Shown: positions 41,301 to 53,600 of the stretch, in pieces
Layout: each line of letters begins with the position of its first letter
Position numbering within the stretch: position 1 is the first letter of the stretch
Assembly (NCBI GenBank): GCA_047495785.1
Contig: JBLDXI010000013.1
Span: forward strand, 3,906,001 to 3,970,000
Length of the DNA: 64,000 nucleotides
Direction: 5' to 3'
Source of the DNA: Lepidodermella squamata
Lineage: Eukaryota; Animalia; Gastrotricha
Notes under the pieces: generated by a model
What the model was told of the DNA's origin: nothing
Seen by the model: only the letters and a program-made list of their open reading frames with translations
The model's database searches: none
Program-made: the position numbers and the translations under genes

Positions 41301-42621
41301 CCTCGGGGCGGCGGCCACCGAAGATCACCGCATCGATTGGGACACCCTTCGGGCTCTCCCAGTCTTCGTCGATAATCGGGCATTGATGGGCCGGAGCAGC
41401 GAAACGCGAGTTGGGGTGAGCAGCCGGGCGGCCACAGTCTGGCGTCCACGGCTTGCCATGCCAGTCGGTGATAGCAATGCCAGCTGGGGGCATCTCCATA
41501 CCCTCCCACCAGACACCGCCATCAGAGGTCGACGCGACATTTGTGAAGACAGTGTTTTCGAAAATCGTAGCCATAGCCATCGGGTTTGAATCCATGGAAG
41601 TACCAGGCGCGACACCGAAAAATCCAGCCTCGGGATTGATAGCGTGAAGAACGCCCTTATCATCAAATCGCATCCAGCAAATATCGTCACCGATGCAGGT
41701 AACCTTGTAGCCGGGGATGGTCGGGGTCAACATGGCCAGATTAGTTTTACCACAAGCGGATGGGAAAGCGGCCGTGATGTATTTTTTCTTGCCATTCGGC
41801 ATTTCAATGCGAGAAATCAACATGTGCTCGGCGAACCAACCTTCATCTCGAGCGATCGTGCAACCAATGCGAAGGGCGAAACACTTTTTACCGAGAAGAG
41901 AGTTGCCGCCGTAACCAGAGCCGAAAGACTTGATTTCATATTTATCGGGGAAATGGGCGACTAACACCTTCTCAGGATTGCATGGCCAGCTGTTGATGAT
42001 GGGGCGTTGAGCCGGAAGGGGGCAGCCGATAGAATGGAGACAACGGACGAAATCTCCGACACCTAGGGTGTCCAGAACACGCTCACCCATACGAGTCATA
42101 ATACGCATAGATAGCACAACATAAGCCGAGTCAGTCAGTTGGATGCCGATTTTCGACAGGGTCGAGCCGACTGGACCCATGCTGAAGGGAATAACGTACA
42201 TGGTGCGGCCCTTCATGCAACCAGGCCAGCGTTCTAGAGCTGCCTTTTCGTACTCCTCAGGCGACATCCAGATACCAAGTTCGCCCTTGACGCCCTCTTT
42301 CGGGGTGGGCACGGCCTCTTCCCTCCTTTTCGTGACAATGACGGTTTTTGATTCAACGCGAGCAACATCAGCCGGGTCGGTCAGGGCCAGGTAGCAGTTC
42401 TTGTACTTCGGCAGCGGCTTCAACGCGCCTTCTTTGACCAGAGAAGCGATCAACTTATCAGCCTCCTCTTGCGAGCCGTCGCAGATCCATAGATTGTCCG
42501 GCTTGCAAATGGCGACGTTTTCTTCGACGAAATCGCGCACTTTTCGCGATAGATGCGCCCAATCGCCGTTGATCACTGGGATCGCCAGCTGAGCCGAGCT
42601 GTCAGTGCGAGCACGGGTCAT
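38370..42621 (-). CDS. PCK: Double-domain GTP-dependent PEPCK, copy B (exons 42621-41147, 40898-39840, 39588-38370; 1250 aa)
   Basis: Two phase-2 GT-AG introns join to give GYN-FGHYL and CDP-ERV. Domain 1 has [51 protein letters not shown] and [12 protein letters not shown]. It continues without a stop into a second PEPCK fold. Confidence 0.95.
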
Positions 42622-43030
42622 TCCAGATTTAACAACACACTATACCTCCTTAATATTATCTCTCTAAAAAAAAAACAAATCAGAACATTGAAATCAAATT
42701 TATTCAAATTTTGAAATACGGATGGATTTTATAATAAGATAGCATGCAATTTCGCACCATCCAACGAAAAATTTGAAGAGAGGTGAAGATAAAATCAAGT
42801 TTTATCTAGTGCGCCAAATAAATTATCACGAGTATCTCTAGAAAATTGACTCGGAGTGAATAGTAACACGGGTTTTAATGCTAAAATTGAGAAGTATTTT
42901 GTTTCTGACAAGACTCATCCTAGTTGAACTGGACGACAAATACAAAAGCAAGAGGGCGAGACTGATGTATCACTAACCACCACATCAATTAATCGAGTCA
43001 TTCAAGTCTTTCGTTGCTTGATTTTCATGT

Positions 43031-46000
43031 TTACAACTTTCCTTGCAGGACGTTCAGTTGCTGGAGAAGAGCCGATGGCAGGTCGACTGGCAGTTGTTCG
43101 TCGAAGAACTTGCGAGTAGCAGCAAGTTCGCGCTTCCAGAAATCGCTATCAATGCCGAACAGGCCGTCGTAGTCGAACTGAGCCAGGCCGTTGGTGTTGA
43201 TACCGCCATCGCGAGCCGGGACGCCCAGGCCTAGCTTATTGACCTCGGCGCACTGTTCGCCCTCGAGGCGTCGGAAAACCCAATCGACGACGCGAGCATT
43301 TTCGCCGAAACCTGGCCAAAGGAGGCGGCCGTTGTTGTTCGTGCGGAACCAGTTGACCTGGTAGACCTTGGGCAGTTGCAGGCCTTTGCGGAGGCCAAAG
43401 CCGAGCCAGTGGCGCAGGTAGGTTCCGAAATTAACACCGAAATACGCGCGCATCGAGAACGGGTCGTGGACTACCTGGTTCGAGGCGGTGTCCAGGGTGC
43501 GCAGAGCCGCGCCCAGGAACACACCCTGGTTCCAGTCGCCGGCCTCCATGACCAGCGGCATTCCACCGGCATCGGTGCGGTGAGTTCCGAACAGGATCGC
43601 ATCGATGACAACACCCTCCTGATCGTCCCAGGCCGGGTCAGCGACCGGGCACTGAGAAATCGGGGTGCAGAAACGCGAGTTGGGCTGAGCGGCTGGGGTT
43701 CCGCTCGCACGGGTCCAGGCCTTACCGCGCCAGTCCGTGATCGAAATGCCGGTCGGAGGCTCCTCCAGACCCTCCCAGAACACGCCACCATCAGAGGTCT
43801 CGGCAACATTGGTGAAAATCGTGTTTTCGAAGACCATCTTCATGGCCTTGGGGTTGGTTTGGTAGTTCGTGCCTACGCACAGGCCGAAAATACCAGCCTC
43901 AGGGTTGACAGCGCGCAGCTGGCCGTGGTTATCGAACTGCAGCCAGGCGGTGTCGTCGTTCATGCAGGAGATCTTATAGCCGGGGAGGGCCGACTCCATC
44001 ATGGACATGTGCAGGCGACCGCAGCCGGCCGGGAAACACAGGGCGAAGTAGCGCTTCTTGCCAGCCGGGTTCGTGACACCGATGATCTTGATGCGTTCGG
44101 CCATGAAGCCCTGGCTAGCGCCCATTGCCGAGCCGAGGCGGAGAGCGAACGAGCGCTTGCTAGCAATCGAGTTGCCACCATAAGCGCTGCCATACGAGTG
44201 GATCTCCCAAGTTTCGGGAATGTGGGCGACGATGACACGGTCCCTGAACAAAACAACAAAAATGTCGGTTATAAACACTTTCTACTGCCAAATAGTATCG
44301 CGAAACTACGCATTGTTATATATTATCTAAATTGGGCGTGTTCAAAGGTCAAAAAACGCGTGGTTTGTTGATAATAAACGCCTCCTCAATTTTTCATAAT
44401 TTTGGGCGAAACTAGTGACGATCAAATGCCAAATGGTAGAATTGATTTTTCATTAATTTCGCGCTAGAGCGAGATGAGATTTTATATTCCATCTAAAACG
44501 GACCATACCCTAAAAATGGGAGAAACTATTAGGCGATCTAAAATAGCCCCGATGAAAGTAAGACAGCTAATATTCAAGGTGCCTGAAAACTAGGACAGCC
44601 TTATATTAAAGCCAAAAAATAATATAATGGGAAGTTTTGGTATATTCGACAGGTTGGAGCTAAAGTATGTTCGAGCGCGATTTTTGAGAGACTTTTTGCT
44701 TTAACTCACAGAATTCCTAACTGTGCCAAACTTCTAAAATTTACTCTATAGGTCAACTTACGGATCGCAAGGCCATTCGCGGGTATGGCGGTTGGGGACG
44801 TCGAGCGGTCCACCGACTGAATGCAGGCACTTGACGAAGTTCTTCTGACCCAGAGCAGTCAGAGCCTTGTTGCCAGTTCGAGTCATAATCGTCAGAGAAG
44901 CGGCAACATAGGGCGAATCTGTCAGCTGGACACCATAACGAGCCATGGTAGACGCAATCGGGCCCATGCTGAACGGCAGGACGTACATGGTACGGCCAGT
45001 CATCGAGTGCTTGAAGCGGTCCTGGTAGATGCCAGCGTATTCCTGCGGCGACTTCCACTTGCCGAGGATTGACTTGACACCAGCAGCCGGGGTCGGGGTA
45101 ACATCCTCCTCAAGCGGGGTGACAGTGAAAGTATTCGCTTCGGCAGCGACGCGGCCAACATCGTCCGGGTCAGTCCGGGCCAAGTAGCAATTGCGGTACT
45201 TGTTCAGCTTAACAATCGTGCCCTGGTCCTCGGCGATTTTCAGGAGCTCGAGGCGTTCCTCGTACGAGCCATCGCAGATGTAGACAGAAGCCGGGTTGCA
45301 GGTTTCAATCGTGTCCAAAACGAATTGACGCACCTTAGGCGGCAGGGCTTCCAGGTCACCCTTGGCAATGGTGCACGGGTGAGAGTGGATGTAGCGAACG
45401 CCGACAATGCGACGCGGGATGTTGGTAATACGGCTCTTCAAGGCGTACAACTCGTTTTCGATTTCAACCGGGGTATCCATCGGCAGCTGTTCCTGGAAGA
45501 ACTTCTTAATACCGCGGTATTCTTCCAGCCAGAATTCCTTCGGAACAGACAGCAATTGCTCCATGTCGATGTTGCCAGACAGGCCTTTCAGGTTGATGGA
45601 GTCGAGTTTCGGGACATAGCCGACCGGTGACAAATCGGCGCAGTCTTCGCCTTCCAAACGGCGGCAGATCCAGTCGATAACGCGGCTGTTCTCGCCGAAA
45701 CCAGGCCAGAGGAACTTGCCGGTCTTGGTGCACTTGCGGAACCAGTTGACGTGGTAGATCTTGGGCAGCTTCAGACCACGGATTTGACCGAAATGCAGCC
45801 AGTGGCGCAAGTAGTGGCCAAAGCTAAAGCAAAACAAGATTGTTAACTAATGACCCAAAATTCATCTAGATTTGAATTTTTTAATAAAACTAAAAAAAAT
45901 CCGCCTTAGAAAAAATAGTACTTATTAGCTTACTTGTAGCCGAAGAATGGCTTCATAGCGAAGGGGTCACTTCGGACGACCTTGACAGCGGGGCCATCCT

Positions 46001-47378
46001 GAGCGGCCGCGGTTGTTTCCGAGCGAACAGTCGCGCCAGCAAAAACACCGTGGTTCCACGAGAAGGTCTCGAAGACGAGTGGGACACCCTCAGGGCGACG
46101 ACCGCCGAAAATAACAGCGCTGATTGGGACACCCTTCGGGCTCTCCCAGTCCTTGTCAATGATCGGGCAGTTCTCGGCAGGGGCCGCGAAACGCGAGTTG
46201 GGGTGAGCGGCGAGGCGGCCGCAGTCTGGGGTCCACGGCTTGCCATGCCAGTCGGTGATAGCAACGCCAGCGGGGGGCATCTCCATACCCTCCCACCAGA
46301 CACCGCCATCAGAGGTCGCAGCAACGTTGGTGAAAATCGTGTTCTCGAAAATGGTAGCCATAGCCATAGGGTTCGAGTCGTTCGAAGTACCAGGCGCGAC
46401 ACCGAAAAATCCAGCCTCGGGATTGATAGCCCGCAAGACGCCCTTATCGTCGAATCGCATCCAGCAAATATCGTCACCGATGCAGGTGACCTTGTAGCCG
46501 GGGATGGTCGGGGTCAACATGGCTAGGTTAGTCTTGCCGCAGGCCGATGGGAAAGCAGCGGTGATGTAATGGGCCTTGCCATTCGGCATTTCGATGCGGG
46601 AGATCAACATGTGTTCAGCGAACCAACCTTCATCTCGAGCGATGGTGCAACCAATACGAAGGGCGAAGCACTTCTTGCCCAACAGAGCGTTACCACCATA
46701 GGCGGAGCCAAATGACTTAATCTCGTATTTATCCGGGAAGTGAGCGACTAGGACCTTCTCCGGGTTACAGGCCCAGCCGTTAGTCAGTTGGCGGGTCGTA
46801 GGCAGAGGGCAACCGACCGAGTGCAGGGCGTGGACGAAATCTCCGACGCCCAAGCAGTCCAGTACAGCTTGACCCATGCGAGTCATGACACGCATCGATA
46901 GGACGACGTACTGCGAATCGGTGAGTTCAACGCCGATTTTCGACAGGGTCGAACCGACCGGGCCCATGCTGAATGGTACCACGTACATGGTGCGGCCCTT
47001 CATGCAACCAGGCCAGCGTTCTAGAGCTGCCTTTTCGTACTCCTCAGGCGACATCCAGATACCAAGTTCGCCATTAACGCCTTGCTTCGGGGTTGGGACG
47101 GCATCTTCCCTCCGCTTGGTGACAATGACGGTCTTTGATTCGACTCGAGCGACATCGGCCGGGTCGGTCAAGGCCAAATAGCAGTTCTTGTACTTCTTCA
47201 GCGGCTTCAACAAACCTTGTTTGACCATTGATTCGGTCAAAGTTTGCGCCTCTTCGAGCGAGCCGTCGCAGATCCAGAGATTGTCAGGTTGGCAGAGGGC
47301 GACATTCTCCTCGACGAAGGCGCGAACCTTCTTCTTCAACGCATCGTAGTTACCGTGGATAACGGGAACGGATGACAT
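43031..47378 (-). CDS. PCK: Double-domain GTP-dependent PEPCK, copy A (exons 47378-45934, 45823-44762, 44243-43031; 1239 aa)
   Basis: Same architecture and intron positions as copy B. Exon lengths 1445+1062+1213 = 3720 nt, in frame. Confidence 0.95.
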
Positions 47379-47596
47379 TTTAAAATTAGGTAAAATTCAG
47401 GTTAAAATAGCACTAAAGAAACGAATTTCGAAACCGCCAAATCTTTATTGTTTCCGAATATAGCTACAGAGTTCATTCAGCGCAGTGATGAAGAGAGGAT
47501 AAGTAATGCAAAACAAGTCATCGATCATCGATTATTTTGAACTAGTAGGGTGACGGTGTTTTAAGAGCGTTAAATTATATACTACCTTTCGACGGC

Positions 47597-50508
47597 TTAA
47601 CTTTGCTTTGGCTGTTCAGGCAGCGGGATATCGACGCGGTTCGAAGCCCAGGAAGGCTCCGCCTTTTCCAGGCGGTGGTCAGGGAAGCTTTCCCAAGGGG
47701 TGTTCAGCTCGAATTTACGGTACTCCTGAGCCAATTCGACTGGCTCAATAACGACGCGCTAAAAATGAACAAGTTATAGAGCAAATCTAATTTATATAAA
47801 ACAACACTGGGATGGAAATTTTGAGGTTTAGTCGCTAGATTTTCTATACAGAGCTGGAAATGCGTCTGTGCGTATATGAAATAAACACATTAAATATACG
47901 CCGGCGATGCAGGGAGGGGGGCGTACTCATCGAAGCGCGCTGTTCTGAGCTATCCTAGATTCAGACAGCAATTTTACGCGAAAATTATCGATTGAGCGAA
48001 GCCGCAAAGAGCACTGAATGCTGAATATAATAATACTATGTTGTTTATGAGCCTTGAAGACGTCGAGCGCGGTTTTTTCTCTACTTTTTTTCCTTATACT
48101 TATCAAACGCCAAGCTCTCTACATCGCGATTACGACAACATGCAGTCCTATTATATTAGTAGCTTCTGAGCACCGTAAAAAGCAATATACATATATTCAA
48201 AACAACACTATCGGCTTGCGTTTTTTCATGTACTAACCCAGCCACACCAACAAATAATAAAATGCGTCGTAGTTTTATCCTACAGCAGCTGAACGTGCGC
48301 CGGTTTCAGACAAGGACATTTTTCGCAGTAAATACGTTGGCTTGAACAAATAATGATAATAATAATAATAAATGTATAACATTGTAGTGCGAGACTGGAA
48401 AACGAACTTGGGCATAATGAGGTTAATACTACGAGATAGCATTCTTCACGTATTGCAGCCAACGTAACTCACGAAAAGGATTACAATGGACGGGAAACAA
48501 CAAAAGGGCGTGGCCGAGAAGCGTGAGTAATCCCAGATACGTTTACACTGGAAATGATACCTCGAATGCCCATATGCATTGAGCTCTCAATTACCAGTGT
48601 GATCTAATACATCAAACCGCGCGGTTCAAATCATACCACGGTAGGTTTTGTTTGGATAAAATCAACACGAAATGCAAATTAAGCTGCTATATAACAAAGG
48701 TCACGCTTTTGAAATAGAAAGCTAACGAATGCTAAAGCAGCCACGCCGGCTAATTTTTTGCTATGGGTAAACACGCGACTTAACAGGGGGTTAGGGTTCA
48801 ACCGCAAAAAATCGTCAATTATGACCGAGCGGTTGTAAACAGCATGCCTTATATGACAGGCTGAATTGCGCAATAACAATGGTCAGAAAAAAATAAGATG
48901 CACCACACTTCGTGAAAAATATAGCCACGTGGCGTATTTGCACTATGCTTGGACAATGGCCAGCCAAGATTGATAGCTAACATTGTTGCCAGGAAAACAA
49001 CACGAGCCTATGGGCGCACGCCTAGTTTCAGACACAATTTTCACTGCCAAGCCAGATGTTTCAAATTTAACACTAAACCTGATTACAGACATAAATTTCG
49101 ATTGCTATACTATTTCAACCTCAGAAGTGGGACGCATTTCCAGCTTGTATTTGCGGAGTTCAAGCCCATTCAAAACATTTCGTATTCGTCTGCGAATCGC
49201 GAACATTTTTTTCAACAACGCAACCAGGGTTAACTTTGAAAAAAGTTTTTCGTTATACCCATAAATCTGAAATCTTAACTGTAGGTAAGCAATGTAATTC
49301 CGAATTATTCTGCCAAATTTTGCCAATTTTAAATTGATTCTAGAAACTTAAAACGTGTTGGTTCAACTGGCAATTAGAGGGCTATATTGGTTGCTCGTTT
49401 GGATGCTCAACGGCATCGCGAGTTTCAAAATTAGCCTGTGAAATTGTGGTCGAAATTTGAATAAAATTATTGAGACGGATTAGCAGGTTTTTTATTCACG
49501 TTTTTAATCAAAGATTATCTTCATGCCTAATCTCACCGAATTTAGTCTTCCTTCGACCTCAGAAAGTAAAGGTAACAGATTACCCGCGCCAAATCTTATT
49601 AAAAATTTATTACATAGATATTACAAGGGATCCCAGAACGACTTCGGAAGCCTCCTGTTCTCAGCTTTTTCATAAAGTAACTTGGCAAGAAATCCCTTTT
49701 CTAATCTTCAAACCTGAAAATCTCCTGTGAAGCCTTAAATACCCAAGGCAATCCAAATTTGCCCGTCGTCAGGGTTAAACGAGAATGTGATATTGTAAAC
49801 GTGAATTATGGGGCTGGTTTAAGAATGGAAATTAATACAAACCTTGTGCTCATCATCGTAGCGAACTTCGGTGTAACCAGTAAGCGGGAAGTCCTTGCGG
49901 AAAGGATGGCCTTCAAACCCGTAATCGGTTAGAATTCGGCGCAAATCCGGGTGATTGCGGAAGAAAACGCCATACATATCGTAGACTTCACGTTCGTACC
50001 AATTCGCACCAGCAAAAACTGACACAGCCGAGTCAATAGGCGTCACCTCGTCCGTATAGGTTTTCACCCGAATTCGGCTATTGAATCGCAGTGATAGCAA
50101 ATTATAGACGACTTCAAATCGATATTGACGCGATGGCATATCAACGCCAGCAATATCGGCAATGTTGAGGTATTGGGCGTTGTGGTGGTCTTTCAGGAAA
50201 GCCAGGACCGGAAGAACACCATCCGGGTGGATGAGGATCTCCAGCTCATCGCCATGGCTGACTTGCGCCTTTTGAACGTACTTAGGCAGGCACTCGGCGA
50301 CATAGCGGCCAAATGCAACCAGGGTATCTGTTGTTTCAGCGGGCACCTGGCGAACTGAAGGTCCGCGAGGAGCTTTCGGCTTTGGCGGGGGCGGAGGCGG
50401 TGGGGCTGTTGACAGAGGGGCGATGAAAAACTTGTTTGTTGCCACCGGCATCAGCCTGACAGCACTGCGCATGAACACAGTCGACAAGCGGTTGAGCGCC
50501 AATGACAT
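47597..50508 (-). CDS. NDUFS3: NADH dehydrogenase Fe-S protein 3 (exons 50508-49843, 47758-47597; 275 aa)
   Basis: Transit-peptide-like N-terminus and [40 protein letters not shown] second exon, absent from the ORF track, reads [26 protein letters not shown] after a 2084-nt intron. Confidence 0.97.
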
Positions 50509-50669
50509 TATATATAACGTGTATCCAAAACACTATAAAACAACAAGAGAAAAACAAGATGTAGCTGAATTTTTTTCATCTCCAATATTTCTCAAAAGAC
50601 TACATTACAAATGACACCGAAACGTGTAAAGAAAGAGCGCTTTATTTATTCAATTTTTTTTGCCCGACT

Positions 50670-53600
50670 TCAAAAGTGAGCAGTTACAGCCTGAACTTCG
50701 GCGAGGTCAGAGTACAACTGGTCGACGGTGGTACCCATTCGCCGGGCGAGTTCAGCCTGTTGCCGGTAGCCGAGCCATACGTATTGATAGACTAGATCGC
50801 CGTCGATGATTGATCGAAGTTGGTTATACAGAGGACGTTGTGATGACCGGTACAGACGATAGGCAGACGGGTTCAAGCCGGCGAGATGAGGCAAATTTGC
50901 CACAAGCAGTTTCTAGATTAAAAAAAGCATAAAATGGTAACAATTCATGGTACAATTACGCTAATAATTGAATTTTACGAATGAAAAACAAAAATACGGT
51001 GACTAAAGCAGGGTTTTTCGATGGACTATAAACGGAGACTTAAAATATCAGATAATTTGAGTCAATATCGGTGTCATTTGAAAGTCAACAAGAAATAATT
51101 TACTGTGCTGAAGTCAATTACCCCATCTTAACGCAATGCAACCTCACAGAACAGGTAATATAGTGCAAAATGGTCCATAAGTGGGATTTAGCTTCCGGGG
51201 GACCATTGATAAATGACAGCAATGATCGTTGCGAGAAGTCAGTCAATCGCCATGGTCGAAATCAATTTTAGCTCATGGCACTAGCCCGTAAGAGATATAT
51301 TTTACCATTCCAATTCTAACAGTAAATCGAACTTTAAAGACGAATTTGGTAATATTCAATTTATGAAAAATTCGTATCCTGTGTTTCACTTTTAGCTCTC
51401 ATCATTGGCCTGAAAGGAATTATCACTTGAACCACTTTCCATTAGTCATTTTTCGAACTAAAAGCAACCTAAAACACTTACTTGCAACATGAGAAGACGT
51501 CGATATAGCTGTTCTTTGACCGGCAGAAGCATTCCGATACCACCGTCAAGCGTCGGGAGATAGGTCACGTGACGATGGTCATATTGCAGGAAAAATCGCG
51601 GGTCTTTTCGAAGCGGGCCAAGTCGACATCTGACTCGAACCATAGACGCAACACGACTTCCCAAGTTCATATCAGCTCGAGGTATCAAACGCTGGCCGCC
51701 GTAACTCTCACGCGACTCGGGCTGATGTGTGAAAACGATGAGGTTATTGTCAATATCAGTTGCGATGAAACCGAGCTGCGTGTTATCGACTAGAAAATCA
51801 ACGGTCATAAGGGGCATCGGGCGGAAATCGCGGGCGATCAACGATAGAATTTTATGATCGTCTTGATACCGCACCAACGCGACTGATTTTTGAATATCAC
51901 CAAGCAACGCGAAGTTTTTCAACCCACACGAGGCAATGTTGTACAACCGCGAGTCGATGAAAGAAACTGGTAGAATGTCGGAGTCTTTCAGGGTGAACAT
52001 GTACACACGCTGGCCAACTGAGACGAGTAAAGACCCAGAAACGACGCACATCGAAGTGACAGGACCTTTCTCTTCACGAACGCAGATCTTCTTCAACCGG
52101 TAACGCGTCAAAGGCTGACCAGGTTCAGGGACTACATCCGCGATTTCGAAGATCAGGATTCGTCCACGACTCAAAACATCCTCGCCGTAAGAAAAATTTG
52201 TTCCGATAGCGATCAATTCGGGTGAGGCGACCTGGCTATCACCCTTTAGCTTTGAAACTCGCATGCAGGTAACTTGTTCCCAGTCATCGAATTCGAATTT
52301 ACCAGCCGGGGCCGCTTCCCAACTCGCGCTGGTATACAGCTGTAACGTGTACTTTTTCGCATTCGGCCAAATGAAGCGATTATCACGTTCGAGAGGGACT
52401 AGTTGGCGTTCCTCGGTCTCCCAATGCACCAATTTCGTCAATTTTTCAGTGCTTTCGGAGTAAGTGACGGCGAATAGCTGTTGGCTGGGAACGTAGTTGA
52501 CAAAGTGGGGCGTTGCTTTGAGGGGCACGCGGCGGGTAGGCCAGACGTCGGTGTAATCGACGTGGGTGGGTAGGACTGCGATTCGAAGTTCGCCCTCGAC
52601 GTTGTAGTAGACGAAACCACGCTCGCAGTTCGGGTTGTGGAATTCGGCGAGACAAGACACGCTACCTTCAACGACCATAGGATGGCACCTCAAGAATGGT
52701 CGACTGAAAAGAGACAAAAATTCGATTAAAATAAAAATAAAATTATATTTGTTGATATTTTCATTCAAATCTTGAAATTCGTAACAGCTATTTCTCACAA
52801 TTTTCCACCACCCAAAACATAATATCAATCAGAACCTTGAGATTCAAGCTGATATATCAAATATTGTTGATCATGACTGATCGCGTTGAAAAATACAGAA
52901 TTTGATAGATCTGAACGAAAAAAATGTATTTGATTATCTCGTCATTTGCCAAAATTTGTCAAAATTTCCAGATCAAGCTACTTTTCAAGAAACTCACAGT
53001 TTGTTCGTCATCAACCAGTGCGGGCGAGGGCCACAAACCACAACTCCACAGTAGCCAGCAATGTTCTCAAACGGCCGGAAAATTGCTGGTCTCTTGCTTA
53101 TATGCAGTTTATTCGCACCTTGCTGCGGCGTTTCCTGGTCTTCAACGCGGCTATTCACCACCCCCAAGCTTTGATGCTGAGCAGCCGCTGGTTGCCAAAC
53201 CGAGGTGCGGCGAACTCGTTGCAGATCGACTTGGATCGTTTCGTTCGGAATTCGAGCAAAACGCGACGCGTCTTGGGCCAAGCCGAAACGATACGCTTCA
53301 TAAACGTAAATTCGATTCCCGGCGGTCGCAGCGAATAGGTACAAATGTTTGCGGCATGAATCAACGTTAACAAAGCACAACTCAGAAATCGTAGGCAGGG
53401 AAATATCATCCGTCTTCTGATCAACGTCCACAAATAGTGTATGCGTCAAAACCTGAGGCCCATCCGCGAAATTGCCGCAACGAAAAACAAGCTCAACTTC
53501 GGGTAGAACGTATAGCTCCAAACAGCCGTTTGACCTGACAAAGGCCATGTATTGGCGAGAGGTCATCGGAATGTCCTCTTTTTTTACTTCAGGAACGGTA

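Noticed and set aside
38754-46526. Long + strand ORFs (e.g. 247, 242, 331 aa) over the PEPCK genes, and similar ones over the histones
   Set aside because: Antisense shadows expected from biased codon usage; no recognisable motifs.
38370-47378. Six separate or fragmented PEPCK ORFs (pseudogenes)
   Set aside because: The ORF-track stops are the TAA within GTAAG donors; canonical introns join the pieces in frame.
49105-49326. ORF as the NDUFS3 last exon
   Set aside because: The true conserved C-terminal exon is at 47758-47597.
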